Source of the DNA: a virus | Strand: one strand, 5' to 3' | Virus record (IMG/VR): IMGVR_UViG_3300045988_154458 | Span: 1-55,402 of that record | Length of the DNA stretch: 55,402 nt | Part shown: piece by piece, positions 34,099-42,255 of the stretch | Numbering within the stretch: position 1 is the first letter of the stretch | Layout: the number at the start of each line of letters is the position of its first letter | Program-made: the position numbers and the translations under genes | Notes under the pieces: model-generated | What the model saw: only the letters and a program-made list of their open reading frames with translations | The model's database searches: none | What the model was told of the DNA's origin: nothing

Positions 34099-34103
34099 TA
34101 AAA

Positions 34104-34139
34104 AATTATCGATTAAACATAATCGATAATTTTCTTTTG
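34104..34139 (+). terminator. Strong rho-independent terminator ending the late operon
   Basis: An 11-bp stem pairs AATTATCGATT (34104-34114) with AATCGATAATT (34121-34131), followed by TTCTTTT. Confidence 0.8.
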
Positions 34140-34352
34140 TTTTATTTTTACTTTACTTTTTCTTTATAAATTTTGTATTTTTTATTTAGCTTTTTAATAT
34201 ATAATTTAATCAGAAAGCAAGTTAATACTTAGTTTTCTGTTTACCTAACACGAAGAGGAGTGAATATCATTTTATTATATATAATAATATGGATTACTTC
34301 TCTATTTTTTTATGTTTGAGATGAGATAATTGTTAACTAAAGGAGTGATCAC

Positions 34353-34796
34353 ATGTATAACAATCCGTATGGTTTTAATCCATATATGAATCAAAGATTT
34401 CAAAATCAACCTAATAATCAACCTATACCTCAACAAAATATACAACCACCTATGCAACCTATACAACAATATTGTTCATTATTAGGAAAACAAGTCGATA
34501 GTATAGATGTTGTCAAAGCAACGGACATACCATTAGACGGAAGTACTTGTTATTTTCCATTAATCGATGGAAGTGCAATTGTTACTAAAAAATTACAAAA
34601 TGATGGTACTAGTAAAACAATAATATATAAGCCTGTTGAAAACGAAGAAGAATCATCAATAAAATATGCTACAATGACTGATATTGAAAAAGCTATAGAA
34701 AATATTGATTTAAGTGATTTAGATGATATAAAAGACGACATAAAAGATTTGAAACAATCTATAAAAGATTTAAAGAAAAAGAAGAAGGATGAATAA
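34353..34796 (+). CDS. Hypothetical protein with Q/N/P-rich N-terminus and acidic coiled-coil C-terminus
   Basis: MYNNPYGFNPYMNQRFQNQPNNQPIPQQNIQPPMQPIQQY... AAAGGAGTGATCAC precedes the ATG. Confidence 0.6.
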   Translation: MYNNPYGFNPYMNQRFQNQPNNQPIPQQNIQPPMQPIQQYCSLLGKQVDSIDVVKATDIPLDGSTCYFPLIDGSAIVTKKLQNDGTSKTIIYKPVENEEESSIKYATMTDIEKAIENIDLSDLDDIKDDIKDLKQSIKDLKKKKKDE

Positions 34797-34797
34797 T

Positions 34798-35022
34798 ATG
34801 AATCCAGTAAATATGTTAAAAGGTATGATGGGAATTAGTAATCCAAAAGATATGGCAATGAAAATGCTATCTCAAAATAACAATCCCATATTTAAAAATT
34901 TAATTGATATGGCAAACAAAGGCGACACAAAAGGTGTCGAAGATTTTGCTAGAAATTATATGAAAAGTCAAGGAAAAGATTTCGACCAAGAGTTTAATAA
35001 TTTCAAAGATATGTTTAAATAA
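34798..35022 (+). CDS. Hypothetical small protein
   Basis: Track ORF starts at 34789. ATG 34798 has better SD spacing (AAGGA, 9 nt). Confidence 0.5.
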   Translation: MNPVNMLKGMMGISNPKDMAMKMLSQNNNPIFKNLIDMANKGDTKGVEDFARNYMKSQGKDFDQEFNNFKDMFK

Positions 35023-35088
35023 AATATTTGGTTTTTAATATAATTTTGCAATTCCCAAGTATTTTAAATATAAGAAAGGAGAATTTAG

Positions 35089-35862
35089 ATGAGAGGAGAA
35101 AGTGGACTAACTGCTTCTGACGTTGCCCTATTATCTGGAAGAAACGGAAATAATGATGGTTTCGGAGATGGAACAGGTGCATGGTGGATTATTATCTTCA
35201 TCATCTTCGCATTCATGGGATGGGGAAGAAATGGTTTCGGAGGATTCGGCGGTGGAAACGGATCTGGTGCAACAGACAATTATGTACTAGCTTCTGATTT
35301 CGCAACAATTCAAAGACAATTAAGCGATGGTTTCAATGATTTAACAGCACAATCAAGATACATTCAAAATGGAATCTGTGATGGCTTCTATGCTATGAAT
35401 ACAAGCCTATTAAATGGTTTTGCTGGTGTTAATAATTCAATTATGACAAATGGTTATGAAACTAGAAATGCTATAAATAGTGTATCTAGTCAATTAGCAG
35501 ACTGTTGTTGCAAAACTCAAAGTGCTATTCAAGGAGTTAATTATAATCTAGCAACTAATGCTTGTAATTTACAAAACACAATGAATATGAATACTAGAGA
35601 TATAGTTGACACTGTTAATGCCAATTATCGTGCATTACATGATGAAATAGTCGCTAATAGAATTGAAGATAAGAACGCTCAAATCACTGCTCAACAAAAT
35701 GAAATTAACGCATTAAGATTGTCTGCCAGTCAGTCAGCACAAAACGCTTATTTATTAAGCGAATTAAAACCTTGCCCATCACCTAGTTACATAGTACCAA
35801 ACCCTAACTGTTGCTATAATTATCAAGTAACAAGTGGCTGCGGTGGATGTGGAAATTTTTAG
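35089..35862 (+). CDS. Gly-rich, Cys-rich membrane-anchored protein of unknown function
   Basis: N-terminus GRNGNNDGFGDGTGAWWIIIFIIFAFMGWGRNGFGGFGGGNGSG (one TM helix), an N/Q-rich alpha-helical middle, and C-terminus CCYNYQVTSGCGGCGNF. About 12 Cys in total. Confidence 0.6.
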   Translation: MRGESGLTASDVALLSGRNGNNDGFGDGTGAWWIIIFIIFAFMGWGRNGFGGFGGGNGSGATDNYVLASDFATIQRQLSDGFNDLTAQSRYIQNGICDGFYAMNTSLLNGFAGVNNSIMTNGYETRNAINSVSSQLADCCCKTQSAIQGVNYNLATNACNLQNTMNMNTRDIVDTVNANYRALHDEIVANRIEDKNAQITAQQNEINALRLSASQSAQNAYLLSELKPCPSPSYIVPNPNCCYNYQVTSGCGGCGNF

Positions 35863-35963
35863 TAAGACCTGATTACAGGAACTTGATTACAAGTGCTTAC
35901 TATTTTTAGAGATAGGAAAGCCCTATCTCTTTTTTAAATAATTTATAAGAAAGGAATGATATT

Positions 35964-36422
35964 ATGATACAAAGTTATCAAGAAACACCAGTTTTACTTG
36001 CTTCAAATTCTAGCCCTTTAACATTTTCTACGGATTGTATAAGAACAAGATGTGCTAATTGCTATGGTTTTCTTCAGCATTCACAAGGTTCACCACTTTA
36101 TAAGATTTTAAATGGTGGAAACTATGATGTTACTTTTAACGCAAATGTAACAAGTGCTACTGCTGGACAAGTTGCTTTAGGTTTATATATGGATGGAGTT
36201 CTATTGCCTGGTACGACTGTTATTGCTGATATAGCAACTGCTGGTGATTATGTAAATGTAGCATTTACTAAAACAGTACCAATTTGTTGCAGAGGGGACG
36301 CCACTTTAACAGTACAATCAGTACCTAGCGTGTTAACTGGTACAACTGCAACTGGAACACCAACTGCTACACAAATACCTTTATATCAAAATGCTAACTT
36401 TAGAATTAGCAAAAGATCATAA
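35964..36422 (+). CDS. Beta-sandwich protein, possibly C1q/TNF-like (BclA C-terminal-domain-like)
   Basis: The pattern LTFSTD...YKILNGGNYDVTFNANVTSATAGQVALGLYMDGVLLPGT...GDATLTVQS resembles exosporium BclA-type C-terminal domains. No collagen repeats. This rests on recall only. Confidence 0.35.
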   Translation: MIQSYQETPVLLASNSSPLTFSTDCIRTRCANCYGFLQHSQGSPLYKILNGGNYDVTFNANVTSATAGQVALGLYMDGVLLPGTTVIADIATAGDYVNVAFTKTVPICCRGDATLTVQSVPSVLTGTTATGTPTATQIPLYQNANFRISKRS

Positions 36423-36616
36423 TGAATACTGAAAACAATAACGAGTATTTATTTAATTTAATAAATATATTATCTTTTATTATTGGTATTGAAAATTTGA
36501 ATCTAAATGACAAACAAATCGAAAAGTTGGAAAATCATTTAAACAATCAAGATAAACAATATGAAGAGATAATAAGATTATTAAAGGAAGGAGGTATTTA
36601 TGATAGACAAAGTTAA
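36422..36616 (+). CDS. Hypothetical small protein
   Basis: 64 aa. TAATG overlap with the upstream gene. Confidence 0.5.
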   Translation: MNTENNNEYLFNLINILSFIIGIENLNLNDKQIEKLENHLNNQDKQYEEIIRLLKEGGIYDRQS

Positions 36617-37091
36617 AGAAAAAACAGAATATATAATAGAAGATATTCTTCAAGAAGAAATAACAGAAGATAATATTGACATGCTTGGAAAATTAATAGA
36701 TATTCATAAAGATATGGCAAATGAAGAATATTGGTGTAAAAAGGAGGAAATTATGATGTATAGAGACGATAGATATAATGACTATCCATCAATGAACTAT
36801 GGTGGAGGACGAAGAAGAGATAGCCGTGGTAGATACATGAACAGTGGTCGTGATAGACGTTACAGAGGTCACGATATGATTGATGATATGTATGAATCAT
36901 ATAGTAATTATATGGGCGATAAAGAAGAAATGAATCGTGGTAATTATGGGGCTAAAGACGACACTATGAAATCTCTTGAATATATGTTAGAATCTATGGT
37001 TGATTTTGTAGAAATGTTAAAAAAAGACACAAATTCACAAGAAGAAATGGATTTAATACGAAAATATACTAGAGAAATAAGTGAAATGTAA
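36600..37091 (+). CDS. Hypothetical protein with an R/G/Y/D-rich low-complexity core
   Basis: ...NYGGGRRRDSRGRYMNSGRDRRYRGHDMIDD... GGAAGGAGGTATTT precedes the ATG. Confidence 0.55.
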   Translation: MIDKVKEKTEYIIEDILQEEITEDNIDMLGKLIDIHKDMANEEYWCKKEEIMMYRDDRYNDYPSMNYGGGRRRDSRGRYMNSGRDRRYRGHDMIDDMYESYSNYMGDKEEMNRGNYGAKDDTMKSLEYMLESMVDFVEMLKKDTNSQEEMDLIRKYTREISEM

Positions 37092-37447
37092 TGTATAAAT
37101 ATTATAACAACAATGCTTTAGGATTATTTGAGAATGATTGTACTATAAGGGCGATAAGTCTTGCAACAGGTAATAGTTGGGATGATACATACCAACATAT
37201 GAGTAATTTGGCAAGGATTAAAGGAACTATGATGGACGATAGAGCATTTATAATTAATTATCTAGACGAACGATATAAAAAAGTACCTACATATAATTTA
37301 TCGGTCGGGGAAGTATCAGCAAAATACAACGATAATGTTATTCTTATAACAATGAATGGCCATATTGTTTGTTCTAAATATGGTGTAGTTTATGATAGTT
37401 TTGATTGTCGAGAAAGAAAAGCCGAGTATTGTTGGATTGTTAAATAA
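37091..37447 (+). CDS. Hypothetical protein, possible papain-fold cysteine peptidase/amidase
   Basis: Candidate Cys (ENDCTIRAIS), His (NGHIV) and Asp (VYDSFD) occur in the order expected for a small C39/NlpC-like fold. Weak call. Confidence 0.3.
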   Translation: MYKYYNNNALGLFENDCTIRAISLATGNSWDDTYQHMSNLARIKGTMMDDRAFIINYLDERYKKVPTYNLSVGEVSAKYNDNVILITMNGHIVCSKYGVVYDSFDCRERKAEYCWIVK

Positions 37448-37468
37448 GAAGATTAATTTCTTCTTTAT

Positions 37469-37545
37469 GGGTAGATACTCAAGCGGATTAAGAGGTTGGT
37501 CTGCAACACCAATATTCATGAGTTCGAATCTCATTCTGCCCTCCA
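37469..37545 (+). tRNA. trnC: tRNA-Cys (anticodon GCA)
   Basis: Hand fold: acceptor GGGTAGA/TCTGCCC (one G-U), D arm CTC(A)-AGCGGATTA-(A)GAG, anticodon arm TTGGT-CTGCAAC-ACCAA, variable loop TATTC, T arm ATGAG-TTCGAAT-CTCAT, discriminator T, encoded CCA. Confidence 0.85.
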
Positions 37546-37557
37546 TAATAAAAAAAT

Positions 37558-37582
37558 AACACCCTATTCATGGGTGTTTTTA
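37558..37582. terminator. Bidirectional terminator between convergent units
   Basis: AACACCC (37558-37564) pairs with GGGTGTT (37572-37578), followed by TTTAT. The stem covers the stop codon of the minus-strand gene 37564..37809. Confidence 0.6.
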
Positions 37583-37809
37583 TAATTGTATATTTTTGAG
37601 AATAAAATTTTCATATCATTACTATATGTTGTAGTTGATATCCCCAGATCCATACAAGTTTGAACTCTACTTACTTTATCATAATACTTCATAATCAAAT
37701 TAATTTCATATTCTGTCAATTCCATATTTTTACATAATTCTTCCACATTATTACGACAAAAACATCTTATCTGTCGTTTTAAAACGTGATAAGTACTCTT
37801 ATCAATCAT
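37564..37809 (-). CDS. Small sigma-70 region-4-like HTH protein (candidate transcription regulator)
   Basis: 81 aa. LTEYEINLIMKYYDKVSRVQTCMDLGISTTTYSNDMKILFSKI fits the r4 pattern L..rE..vi.l.y.....s..eia..lgiS..tv... Confidence 0.5.
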   Translation of the reverse strand: MIDKSTYHVLKRQIRCFCRNNVEELCKNMELTEYEINLIMKYYDKVSRVQTCMDLGISTTTYSNDMKILFSKIYNYKNTHE

Positions 37810-37927
37810 ATCTAATTACCTCATTTCTAAATTAATTATAGATAATTATTTACATAAAAACACATAATAAAAGAACTCAATTGAAGTGGTCAAGTAAAAA
37901 TAGACACTTTATAAAAAGAACGTTCTT

Positions 37928-38737
37928 TTAAAACCCTAATTCAATTTTATATTGAATTGGGGTTTTATATTTTAAAGAATAACTTGGTCTTTCATTGTTA
38001 TAATAGTAAATATATTCTTCAATAAGTTTAGGAACATCTTTGCAATGTTTTAAATTAAAATCAACAATTAATTCTTCTTTAATCCAACCATTTAATGATT
38101 CATTAACTGGATTATCAGTTGGTGTTCCTGCTCGACTCATTGAACGAGATATGTTATAATTTTCTAGAAGCTTATTATAAGCTTTAGACGAATAAACTGA
38201 ACCTTGATCTGTGTGAAGAATAATCAAATCATCAGTTTGTTCTTTTTTTATGCGGTTTAATACTTGATTTAATCCATCATAATATGACCTTGTATCTCCT
38301 TTTCTAGATACTAAACCATATCCAACTATTTCTTTATTCCAAGCATCAAAATACATCGTTAATTCATAATATGTTCTGCCAACCCAAAATGCAGTCATAT
38401 CTGAAACTATTACTTCAAATGGTCTTGATAAATATTTCCATCCATTCCATACTAGATTATTAAATTTTTCATGTTCTTCATCAGGTTTCTTCCATTGATA
38501 ATGTTTCCCTTTTGACTTAATACCTTCATATTTACAACATAAATGAACATGGTTATCAGACCAAACTATACCATAATGTAATCTTGCATAAGCATTAATC
38601 CATCTATATCCATGTGATGGATGCTTTTCGTGTATCTCTTTTATTAATTTTATATCGGATTGTCTTGATATCATTTTTTCTGTTGGGTGCTCCTGTCTGT
38701 ATTTCCATTTATAATATCCAGACCTACTAATAGACAT
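37928..38737 (-). CDS. IS3-family transposase OrfB (DDE/rve), expressed as an OrfAB fusion by -1 frameshift
   Basis: The orfB frame is open upstream to the A7 site and reads ...YGVKLLCEYMSISRSGYYKWKYRQ. DDE-type motifs include HTDQGSVY. Confidence 0.85.
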   Translation of the reverse strand: MSISRSGYYKWKYRQEHPTEKMISRQSDIKLIKEIHEKHPSHGYRWINAYARLHYGIVWSDNHVHLCCKYEGIKSKGKHYQWKKPDEEHEKFNNLVWNGWKYLSRPFEVIVSDMTAFWVGRTYYELTMYFDAWNKEIVGYGLVSRKGDTRSYYDGLNQVLNRIKKEQTDDLIILHTDQGSVYSSKAYNKLLENYNISRSMSRAGTPTDNPVNESLNGWIKEELIVDFNLKHCKDVPKLIEEYIYYYNNERPSYSLKYKTPIQYKIELGF

Positions 38738-38784
38738 ATATTCACATAATAATTTAACTCCATATTTATCTTTATATTCATATA

Positions 38785-39144
38785 TTATTTTGTATTCTTG
38801 TCGAATATAGTAACGAATTCCTTTTCGGCACCAACTCCTTTCACCATGTAACCTTTTTTTAATCGAGCAATCTCAATATCTTTCTTCATCAACTCTAATT
38901 CAAGTTCTTCTATTTTATTTTTTGGCTTTTTTAAATGCAATCCAGTACTTAAACTCTTATGTTTTCCAGTATTTGATTTTAATCCTTCAATACCTTTTTC
39001 TTTATAAGAATAATACCATTTTGATAATACACTCTTAGAAATATCATGTTTTTTACTCATAGTATGAAATCCATATCCATTATTAATCATTTCTAAAACT
39101 AGTTTTTCTTTTTCTTCTGGTGTTCTCATTATATTTTTACTCAT
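38785..39144 (-). CDS. IS3-family transposase OrfA (HTH)
   Basis: MSKNIMRTPEEKEKLVLEMINNGYGFHTMSKKHDISKSVLSKWYYSYKEKGIEGL is typical of IS3 OrfA. The slippery sequence TTA AAA AAA GGT is at 38854-38862. Confidence 0.85.
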   Translation of the reverse strand: MSKNIMRTPEEKEKLVLEMINNGYGFHTMSKKHDISKSVLSKWYYSYKEKGIEGLKSNTGKHKSLSTGLHLKKPKNKIEELELELMKKDIEIARLKKGYMVKGVGAEKEFVTIFDKNTK

Positions 39145-39222
39145 ATATTATCCCTCCTATATATATTGTAACAAATTAAAAAAGTAAACAGCTCTTTTTT
39201 TTATCTGTCTACTTTTATTGTA

Positions 39223-40476
39223 TCACTTCAAATTGAGTTCTTTTATACTATCACGTAGTTTATATTTTTTCTTTTGAATACTAGGAACAGAATAATTTAA
39301 TTTTGTTGAAATCCATTTTTCACTATATCCATCTACATAAAATAACTTTCCAATAATATAATCAATACTATTTTTATCAGTAATATTAAGCACAATATTA
39401 TCATACACTTCAATAGTCATACCTCTATATAATTTTTTATTTTTATTATCAACAAAGAAACTGGCAATATAGTTTAATAATATACCTAACAAAACAGAAA
39501 TAATTAGTGATATATTACTAGGTACAGTTATTCTATTTAAACAATAATACGAAATGTTAGAAATAACAAAGCATGATAATGCTGTTTTCATATGAAATGG
39601 TTTTCCAAATAATTTTTTATTCAACCAAAAACTACATAATATAATTACACATTCTATAAAAGTATCATTTAGAAAAGCTATAAATAAAATGACAAATACT
39701 GTAAATATATTCCAAAGTAAATACAACGGTATGTATATCATATTTGTTAATTTATCTACTTTATTTTTACTTTTATTATTTTGATATGCGTTTTGCAACT
39801 TTTTCGGCAAACTCTTTAATAAAGTCTGTAGGCGCAAAAATGAACCAACTACCATATCCCATAGCGAATTACCTCCCATCTGAAAAAATAATTTATAAGC
39901 AATTACAGATAACATTATATAATCAAAATTTAGTATAATATTAGCTATTCCACTGTGTATATAATTTTTACAATTAATAAAAGGAATATTTCTAATAATA
40001 ACACTAATAAATTGAAATAATAAATTAATTATACAATATAACCAATAGTTGCTTATGTGATGTTTACACAAGTTGTTTTTCTTCACAAATTTAATATATA
40101 CAATTTCTAACATAAATAACCATAATAAATCTGTAAAAATAAATATAAAAGGCATATTATAAGTATATTTTAAAAATTGAGATATTATACTTAAAGGCAT
40201 AGTTATTAATGTAAATATCTTCATTGTCTTACTGTTGTCGGCACATGATATACTTAAAATAATATATGTGTATAAAGTTAATGTTATCCCATACCATAAC
40301 ATTTGTAAATGATATTTATTGAAAAACAAATCAATCGATATTAAGATTTTATTATTATCATCTAACCCAAAATAATTTAAACCACATATTTTTAAAATAA
40401 ATATAATGCCTAATATTATAAAATAAGTAGATAATGTACTTGACATTATCTTATCAAGATCTTTCTTCATAACCAA
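39223..40476 (-). CDS. Polytopic membrane protein with C-terminal sigma-70 region-4-like HTH
   Basis: 417 aa with about ten hydrophobic segments by eye. C-terminus ...SIDYIIGKLFYVDGYSEKWISTKLNYSVPSIQKKKYKLRDSIKEL. The last two codons and the stop lie inside the IS terminal repeat. Confidence 0.6.
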   Translation of the reverse strand: MVMKKDLDKIMSSTLSTYFIILGIIFILKICGLNYFGLDDNNKILISIDLFFNKYHLQMLWYGITLTLYTYIILSISCADNSKTMKIFTLITMPLSIISQFLKYTYNMPFIFIFTDLLWLFMLEIVYIKFVKKNNLCKHHISNYWLYCIINLLFQFISVIIRNIPFINCKNYIHSGIANIILNFDYIMLSVIAYKLFFQMGGNSLWDMVVGSFLRLQTLLKSLPKKLQNAYQNNKSKNKVDKLTNMIYIPLYLLWNIFTVFVILFIAFLNDTFIECVIILCSFWLNKKLFGKPFHMKTALSCFVISNISYYCLNRITVPSNISLIISVLLGILLNYIASFFVDNKNKKLYRGMTIEVYDNIVLNITDKNSIDYIIGKLFYVDGYSEKWISTKLNYSVPSIQKKKYKLRDSIKELNLK

Positions 40477-40517
40477 ATCTCCTTACACAAAAAGTCACCC
40501 TTGAGGTGACTTGTTAA

Positions 40518-40955
40518 TTAATCTAAATCGTCATCGTCATTATTTGCAATAATATTTCTAGGGGAATCAGATTCTTCTTCAACTAATTTTAATATTCTTT
40601 TAATATTGGCAAATACTGGTAATTCACCATCTTCGTTTGGACGTGTTCCTTCAACATGAATTACTTCACATAGAACTTTTTTACCAACTAGTTTAGGTGT
40701 GTCATTTTTTGTATCAAATTCATCACCATCTTCAAGACCTAATGCTGTAGATACAAGCATTGACATTTGATATAATGCGCCTGAAATATCAAACTTATAT
40801 TGACTATTTATAAATCCACCTTCACTATCTTGAAATGTTACTTTTAATTTGTCTGGTTTTCCACTTGGTGTTACTTCTGCTTTCGTAATAGTTAATACTC
40901 TTTCTCCTTCTGGTACAGTTTTAAAATTACCTTTTAAATTCATTTTAATCATCAT
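40518..40955 (-). CDS. ssDNA-binding-type protein with acidic C-terminal tail (DUF669/gp2.5-like candidate)
   Basis: 145 aa. C-terminus NNDDDDLD. Adjacent to the exonuclease and ERF genes. AAGGAGAAATAATT precedes the ATG. Confidence 0.45.
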   Translation of the reverse strand: MMIKMNLKGNFKTVPEGERVLTITKAEVTPSGKPDKLKVTFQDSEGGFINSQYKFDISGALYQMSMLVSTALGLEDGDEFDTKNDTPKLVGKKVLCEVIHVEGTRPNEDGELPVFANIKRILKLVEEESDSPRNIIANNDDDDLD

Positions 40956-40957
40956 AA

Positions 40958-42043
40958 TTATTTCTCCTTACTTTTTTTATTCTTAGTTAATTTATATGTT
41001 ATTGATTCTTCACAATATTTATTGTACAATGTTGGATTATCTTCTGCAAATCTTTTACTATTAAATTTCATACTAACGCTACCATTTAATTTATAAGTGT
41101 CATAAGACATCTTTGTTTCACCATCTTTTAATAAATTAATCATTTTATCTTTGATAGCGTCTTGTATTGTTTTTAATTCTTTTTCTTTACTTTCAATACC
41201 CGTTTCATTTTTTATTTTAATTATATCTTGTTCTAATAATTCGGCACTTTTACATAATTCATCTAAACTATTGTCATTTGATGGATTACTAGTTCTTAAT
41301 ATATCAAGATATTCTTTATCCAATTTTTCATCAAATTCTGGTGAAATGCCTGTCTCTATATATTTTTCCCACCATTCTTCGCAATATTTTATTGCGTCAT
41401 CAAATGTTATCATATCGCCATTTGGCATTTCTATCAACACATCTTTTATTTTTTTAACAACCATTTTTGTATTTGTTTCGTTTGGTTCAAACATTTCTGG
41501 ATGATTATAATCATCATCTTGTAAAAAAGCACATATAAATAGTACTCTATCCAATTTTTTTAAATACGAATATTCACAACCTTGTAATAAATACTCAATC
41601 GGAACTTGATTGTTCTCCCAAAGATGTGGCTTTGAACTTGTTTTACATTCAACAATCATTGTTAATGTTTTCAAATCCTCTTTTGTTGCGACAGCATCTA
41701 TTATACCACCAAATATATTACTATCTTCTATAAAATTATTCCATTTATATTTATCTATATTATTACCATAATATTCTTCTATACTCATTACATTTGGGAA
41801 TCTATTTCTCACAAAATCAATTAATTTAGGTTCTATTGCTTTTCCAGCAAGAGTATATTTAGAATCTTCAAAAGGAAGTTTAACAAGTTTTGTTATTTCA
41901 CACCATGCACCGAAAGGTGATTGATATTTATTTAAACCAAGTACACTTGCAACACGATGTCCTGTAATTCTTAATCGTTGTTTAGGTGATTCGGGAAGAA
42001 TGATATTTTTACCATTCTCTCCATATTGCCATTCTTTAGCCAT
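40958..42043 (-). CDS. YqaJ/lambda-Exo-like PD-(D/E)XK recombination exonuclease
   Basis: GGIIDAV...MIVECKTS gives D...E.K spacing. ATG 42043 follows GAGGTGATAATA; the track ORF runs to 42082. Confidence 0.65.
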   Translation of the reverse strand: MAKEWQYGENGKNIILPESPKQRLRITGHRVASVLGLNKYQSPFGAWCEITKLVKLPFEDSKYTLAGKAIEPKLIDFVRNRFPNVMSIEEYYGNNIDKYKWNNFIEDSNIFGGIIDAVATKEDLKTLTMIVECKTSSKPHLWENNQVPIEYLLQGCEYSYLKKLDRVLFICAFLQDDDYNHPEMFEPNETNTKMVVKKIKDVLIEMPNGDMITFDDAIKYCEEWWEKYIETGISPEFDEKLDKEYLDILRTSNPSNDNSLDELCKSAELLEQDIIKIKNETGIESKEKELKTIQDAIKDKMINLLKDGETKMSYDTYKLNGSVSMKFNSKRFAEDNPTLYNKYCEESITYKLTKNKKSKEK

Positions 42044-42254
42044 TATTATCACCTCTACTATCATACCATGTTTTAAATTCATTAGAATTGAAAATATCGT
42101 TTATATTGCCATAATTAATGATTTTATTAGTCTTTTCATCAATTTTTAATAAATCACAAACATCTACTTCTTTTTTTATTGATTTCAATTCCCACCCAGT
42201 TTCTTCTATAAATTGATTAACTAGATGTGTCATCATCACATCATTACCAATCAT
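42036..42254 (-). CDS. Hypothetical protein
   Basis: Track ORF runs to 42266 (TTG). ATG 42254 lies directly after the upstream stop. Confidence 0.45.
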   Translation of the reverse strand: MIGNDVMMTHLVNQFIEETGWELKSIKKEVDVCDLLKIDEKTNKIINYGNINDIFNSNEFKTWYDSRGDNNG

Positions 42255-42255
42255 A

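Larger units (their letters stand above)
37882..39230 (-). mobile_element. IS3-family insertion sequence (1349 bp), apparently intact
   Basis: Imperfect terminal inverted repeats TGAAGTGGTCAAGTAAAAATAGACA (37882-37906) and reverse complement TGAAGTGATACAATAAAAGTAGACA (39206-39230). 3-bp direct repeat AAT (37879-37881, 39231-39233). orfA/orfB with an A7G -1 frameshift site. Confidence 0.85.

Noticed and set aside
34283-34318. 11-codon mini-ORF (MDYFSIFLCLR) upstream of the accessory island as a leader peptide
   Set aside because: It is too short and has no supporting attenuator structure. It cannot be distinguished from chance.
37469-37545. tRNA-Cys as an integration (att) site marking a prophage boundary
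   Set aside because: The tRNA is complete with an encoded CCA. No integrase or partial tRNA duplicate is present, and the contig closes on itself, so it is a phage-borne tRNA.
37316-37546. 76-aa minus-strand ORF
   Set aside because: It overlaps the 3' end of 37091..37447 and the entire tRNA-Cys gene. It is spurious.
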